Source of the DNA: Elainellaceae cyanobacterium
Lineage (GTDB): Bacteria > Cyanobacteriota > Cyanobacteriia > CAZCXK01
Assembly: GCA_051117555.1 (NCBI GenBank)
Contig: JBNPEG010000016.1
Span: 1-64,000, forward strand
Length of the DNA: 64,000 nucleotides
Reading direction: 5' to 3'
This document shows positions 61,557 through 64,000 of the stretch, piece after piece; positions within the stretch are counted from its first letter, which is position 1, and each line of letters begins with the position of its first letter. The translations under genes and the position numbers were made by a program. The notes below the pieces were generated by a model. It worked only from the letters and a program-made list of their open reading frames with translations, did no database searches and was not told the DNA's origin.

Positions 61557-61789
61557 GTGGTTTGACACGCCTAACATAGTGCAAATCCATAAAAGGCTGA
61601 AACTATTGAAATCGGTGCGTTACGCTTCGCTAACAGCACCCTACCTGATGCACCATTTTAGCTGTGCCACGCCACTAGTGTCATGACACGCCTAAAATAG
61701 TGCAAATTCTTAAAAGGCTGAAACTATTGAAATCGGTACGTTACGCTGCGCTAACAGCACCCTACCCATTTAGCTGTGCCACGCCACTA
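61555..61789 (-). mobile_element. MITE family C, copies 3 and 4, head-to-tail
   Basis: Two units TAGTG..TGACACGCCTAA...TTAGCTGTGCCACGCCACTA sharing one TA at 61676-77. Confidence 0.8.
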
Positions 61790-61807
61790 CTTATTTAGTT
61801 TGTTCAA

Positions 61808-61898
61808 TATAGTCCTACGGGCTCTTTGGGTGGTGAAGCTGCGCGGCGTGCGGGTTCATCACACATTCAGCGTCCTAACGCGAGAGCGTAAGGGTATA
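61808..61898 (+). mobile_element. MITE-like family B copy
   Basis: TATAGTCCTACGGGCT...TTCAGCGTCCTAACGCGAGAGCGTAAGGGTATA. Confidence 0.7.
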
Positions 61899-61952
61899 GG
61901 ATGTTTTAGACTGAAATATCGAACGTATCCAATCTGAAGAAGGAACCAGATT

Positions 61953-63767
61953 ATGCGGCTGTCTCAGATGCTTTTTGTCACCCTGCGCGAAGACCCAGCA
62001 GAAGCAGAAATTCCGAGCCACAAACTGCTATTGCGAGCTGGATATATGCGACGCATCGGGAGCGGCTTATATGCGTATTTGCCTATGCTCTGGCGAGTGC
62101 TGCGAAAAATTTCTCAAATTGTTCGAGAAGAAATGGACGCAAAAGGTGCCCAAGAATGCCTGCTGAACCAGCTTCAGCCCGCCGAACTTTGGCAAGAATC
62201 AGGCCGCTGGGAAACTTACACCAAAGCAGAAGGCATCATGTTTGCAATGGGCGATCGCCAAGGACGACAGTTGGGGCTAGGGCCCACCCATGAAGAAGTC
62301 ATCACCCTGATTGCTCGCGATATGATCCGCTCCTATCGTCAGTTGCCGCAAAATCTATACCAGATTCAGACCAAGTTTCGAGATGAGATTCGTCCTCGCT
62401 TTGGCTTGATGCGCGGACGAGAGTTCATCATGAAGGATGCCTACTCCTTTGATATGGACGAAGCGGGGATGCAAAAGTCTTATGACGATATGGACGATGC
62501 ATATCGGAACATCCTGGCGCGTTGTGGGTTAGAGTTTCGCGCGGTGCAGGCAGATTCGGGGGCGATTGGGGGTGGCAGTGGTCAGTCTCAAGAGTTTATG
62601 GTGCTGGCAGATGCTGGAGAAGATGAAGTCCTCTACACCGAGGATGGCAAGTATGCAGCCAACGTCGAAAAAGCAGTCTCGCTTCCGTCTGATGCTGAGC
62701 CTTCACCGTTTAAGACATACGAAAAATTAGAGACTCCCAATACCCCAACGATTGATTCACTGAGCAAATTTCTCACGTGTTCACCTACCCAAATCGTCAA
62801 GAATGTCTTGTATCAGGTGACCTATGACAACGACATGACTGTGCTTGTTTTGGTCAGTATTCGTGGGGATCAAGATGTCAATGAAACCAAGCTCTTTAAT
62901 GAGCTGACGAGCCTTGCGGGTAACTATGGCGGCAGCGCTGTGATGTCGTTAGAAGTCCCGGATGCTGAGGCTCAGGCAAAATGGGCAGCGAAGCCGCTGC
63001 CGCTGGGCTATATTGCCCCCGATCTCGACGATGAGTATATTCGTTCAACCAAGACTCTGTCTGCTAAGTTTTTGCGCTTAGCAGATAAGACCGTCGTGGA
63101 TTTGGAAAACTTTGTCACGGGGTCGAATGAATCTGGCTATCACGTGGTGGGTGCAAACTGGGGTGCCCCGTTTGCCCGTCCTGCCCGAGTCGTCGATGTG
63201 AGAACCGCAAGGGTGGGCGATCGCGCGGTGCACAATCCGTCCCAGACGCTCAAAAGCGCTCGAGGCATTGAGATTGGGCATATTTTCCAACTGGGCACCA
63301 AATATTCAATCTCGATGAATGCCACCTTTACCAGCGAAAGTGGCGATGAAAAACCATTTTATATGGGCTGTTATGGCGTTGGGGTGTCGCGTCTGGCGCA
63401 AGCTGCAATCGAGCAGTCCTATGACAAAGACGGCATCATTTGGCCCGTGGCGATCGCCCCCTATCAGGTCATCGTGATTATTCCCAACACAGGCGATGAG
63501 GCTCAAGTCAACGCGGCAGAGCAGCTTTATGCCGATCTCAACGCTGCCGGAGTGGAAACCCTGCTAGACGATCGCAACGAACGAGCTGGTGTCAAGTTTA
63601 AGGATGCTGATTTGGTCGGCATTCCCTATCGGGTGGTCACTGGGCGATCGCTCAAAAATGGCAAGGTTGAAGTTGTAAAGCGTGCCACTCACGAATCGAG
63701 CGATATTGCATTGGAGGAGGTAGTCTCCACGTTAGCGCAATGGATTGACGAGGTCGTCAGCATTTAG
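61953..63767 (+). CDS. proS: Proline--tRNA ligase
   Basis: [51 protein letters not shown]. Confidence 0.97.
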   Translation: MRLSQMLFVTLREDPAEAEIPSHKLLLRAGYMRRIGSGLYAYLPMLWRVLRKISQIVREEMDAKGAQECLLNQLQPAELWQESGRWETYTKAEGIMFAMGDRQGRQLGLGPTHEEVITLIARDMIRSYRQLPQNLYQIQTKFRDEIRPRFGLMRGREFIMKDAYSFDMDEAGMQKSYDDMDDAYRNILARCGLEFRAVQADSGAIGGGSGQSQEFMVLADAGEDEVLYTEDGKYAANVEKAVSLPSDAEPSPFKTYEKLETPNTPTIDSLSKFLTCSPTQIVKNVLYQVTYDNDMTVLVLVSIRGDQDVNETKLFNELTSLAGNYGGSAVMSLEVPDAEAQAKWAAKPLPLGYIAPDLDDEYIRSTKTLSAKFLRLADKTVVDLENFVTGSNESGYHVVGANWGAPFARPARVVDVRTARVGDRAVHNPSQTLKSARGIEIGHIFQLGTKYSISMNATFTSESGDEKPFYMGCYGVGVSRLAQAAIEQSYDKDGIIWPVAIAPYQVIVIIPNTGDEAQVNAAEQLYADLNAAGVETLLDDRNERAGVKFKDADLVGIPYRVVTGRSLKNGKVEVVKRATHESSDIALEEVVSTLAQWIDEVVSI

Positions 63768-63820
63768 CACTGAGGAAATCTCAGTCATGTAGCAATCTCA
63801 AAGGATGTGTAAAAATTTCC

Positions 63821-63903
63821 AGTGCGAGCGTCTCGCGTCTCCTAATGGAGAGGCGTTGCCAACGTGGGCACGGTGCCCGCGACGTGAGCGAGACGCTCAC
63901 ACT
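63821..63903. repeat. REP-like inverted repeat with nested inserts
   Basis: AGTGCGAGCGTCTCGC...GCGAGACGCTCACACT enclosing TCTCCTAATGGAGA and GGGCACGGTGCCC. Confidence 0.6.
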
Positions 63904-64000
63904 ATGGTTATGAAGCTTCTGCCGTCTTGGACTAGAAAGTAAAGGTCGTTCGCAACACTCCCGTTATGGCCGTATCGTTGCTGCTAAACCCTTCCGGATT

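Noticed and set aside
61372..61590. 72-aa ORF with LVSSALR repeats
   Set aside because: It starts inside MITE C and translates the 21-nt array.
1..64000. Frequent GCGATCGC as a novel repeat; many short antisense or overlapping ORFs
   Set aside because: GCGATCGC is the well-known HIP1; the short ORFs are shadows of well-supported genes.

Overview
A chromosomal window from a cyanobacterium: HIP1 octamer GCGATCGC throughout, psbK, crtH, sphR/sphS, glgA and proS. It opens in the 3' end of a 5S rRNA gene and holds about 45 mostly housekeeping CDSs. Two genes are missing from the ORF track: psbK (6568-6705) and the iron-stress sRNA IsaR1 with its promoter, between upp and crtH. I found no transposase, integrase, CRISPR array or phage genes, and I cannot support a clear-cut novel multi-gene system. 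The most unusual signals are: (i) at least four families of ~90-120 bp TA-ended MITE/REP-like elements, concentrated in two nested hotspots (25.05-25.87 kb and 61.28-61.90 kb), each with a different 21-nt tandem array at the same end of the same MITE family; (ii) a traX-like gene bracketed by inverted MITE copies; (iii) a stand-alone HerA-type ATPase with no NurA or defence partner; (iv) three proteins with degenerate catalytic motifs (transglutaminase-like, LysM-M23, peroxiredoxin-like); (v) a divergent clpC behind a 1.1-kb intergenic region with a foldable segment. Product calls come from motif recognition by eye, not from database searches.
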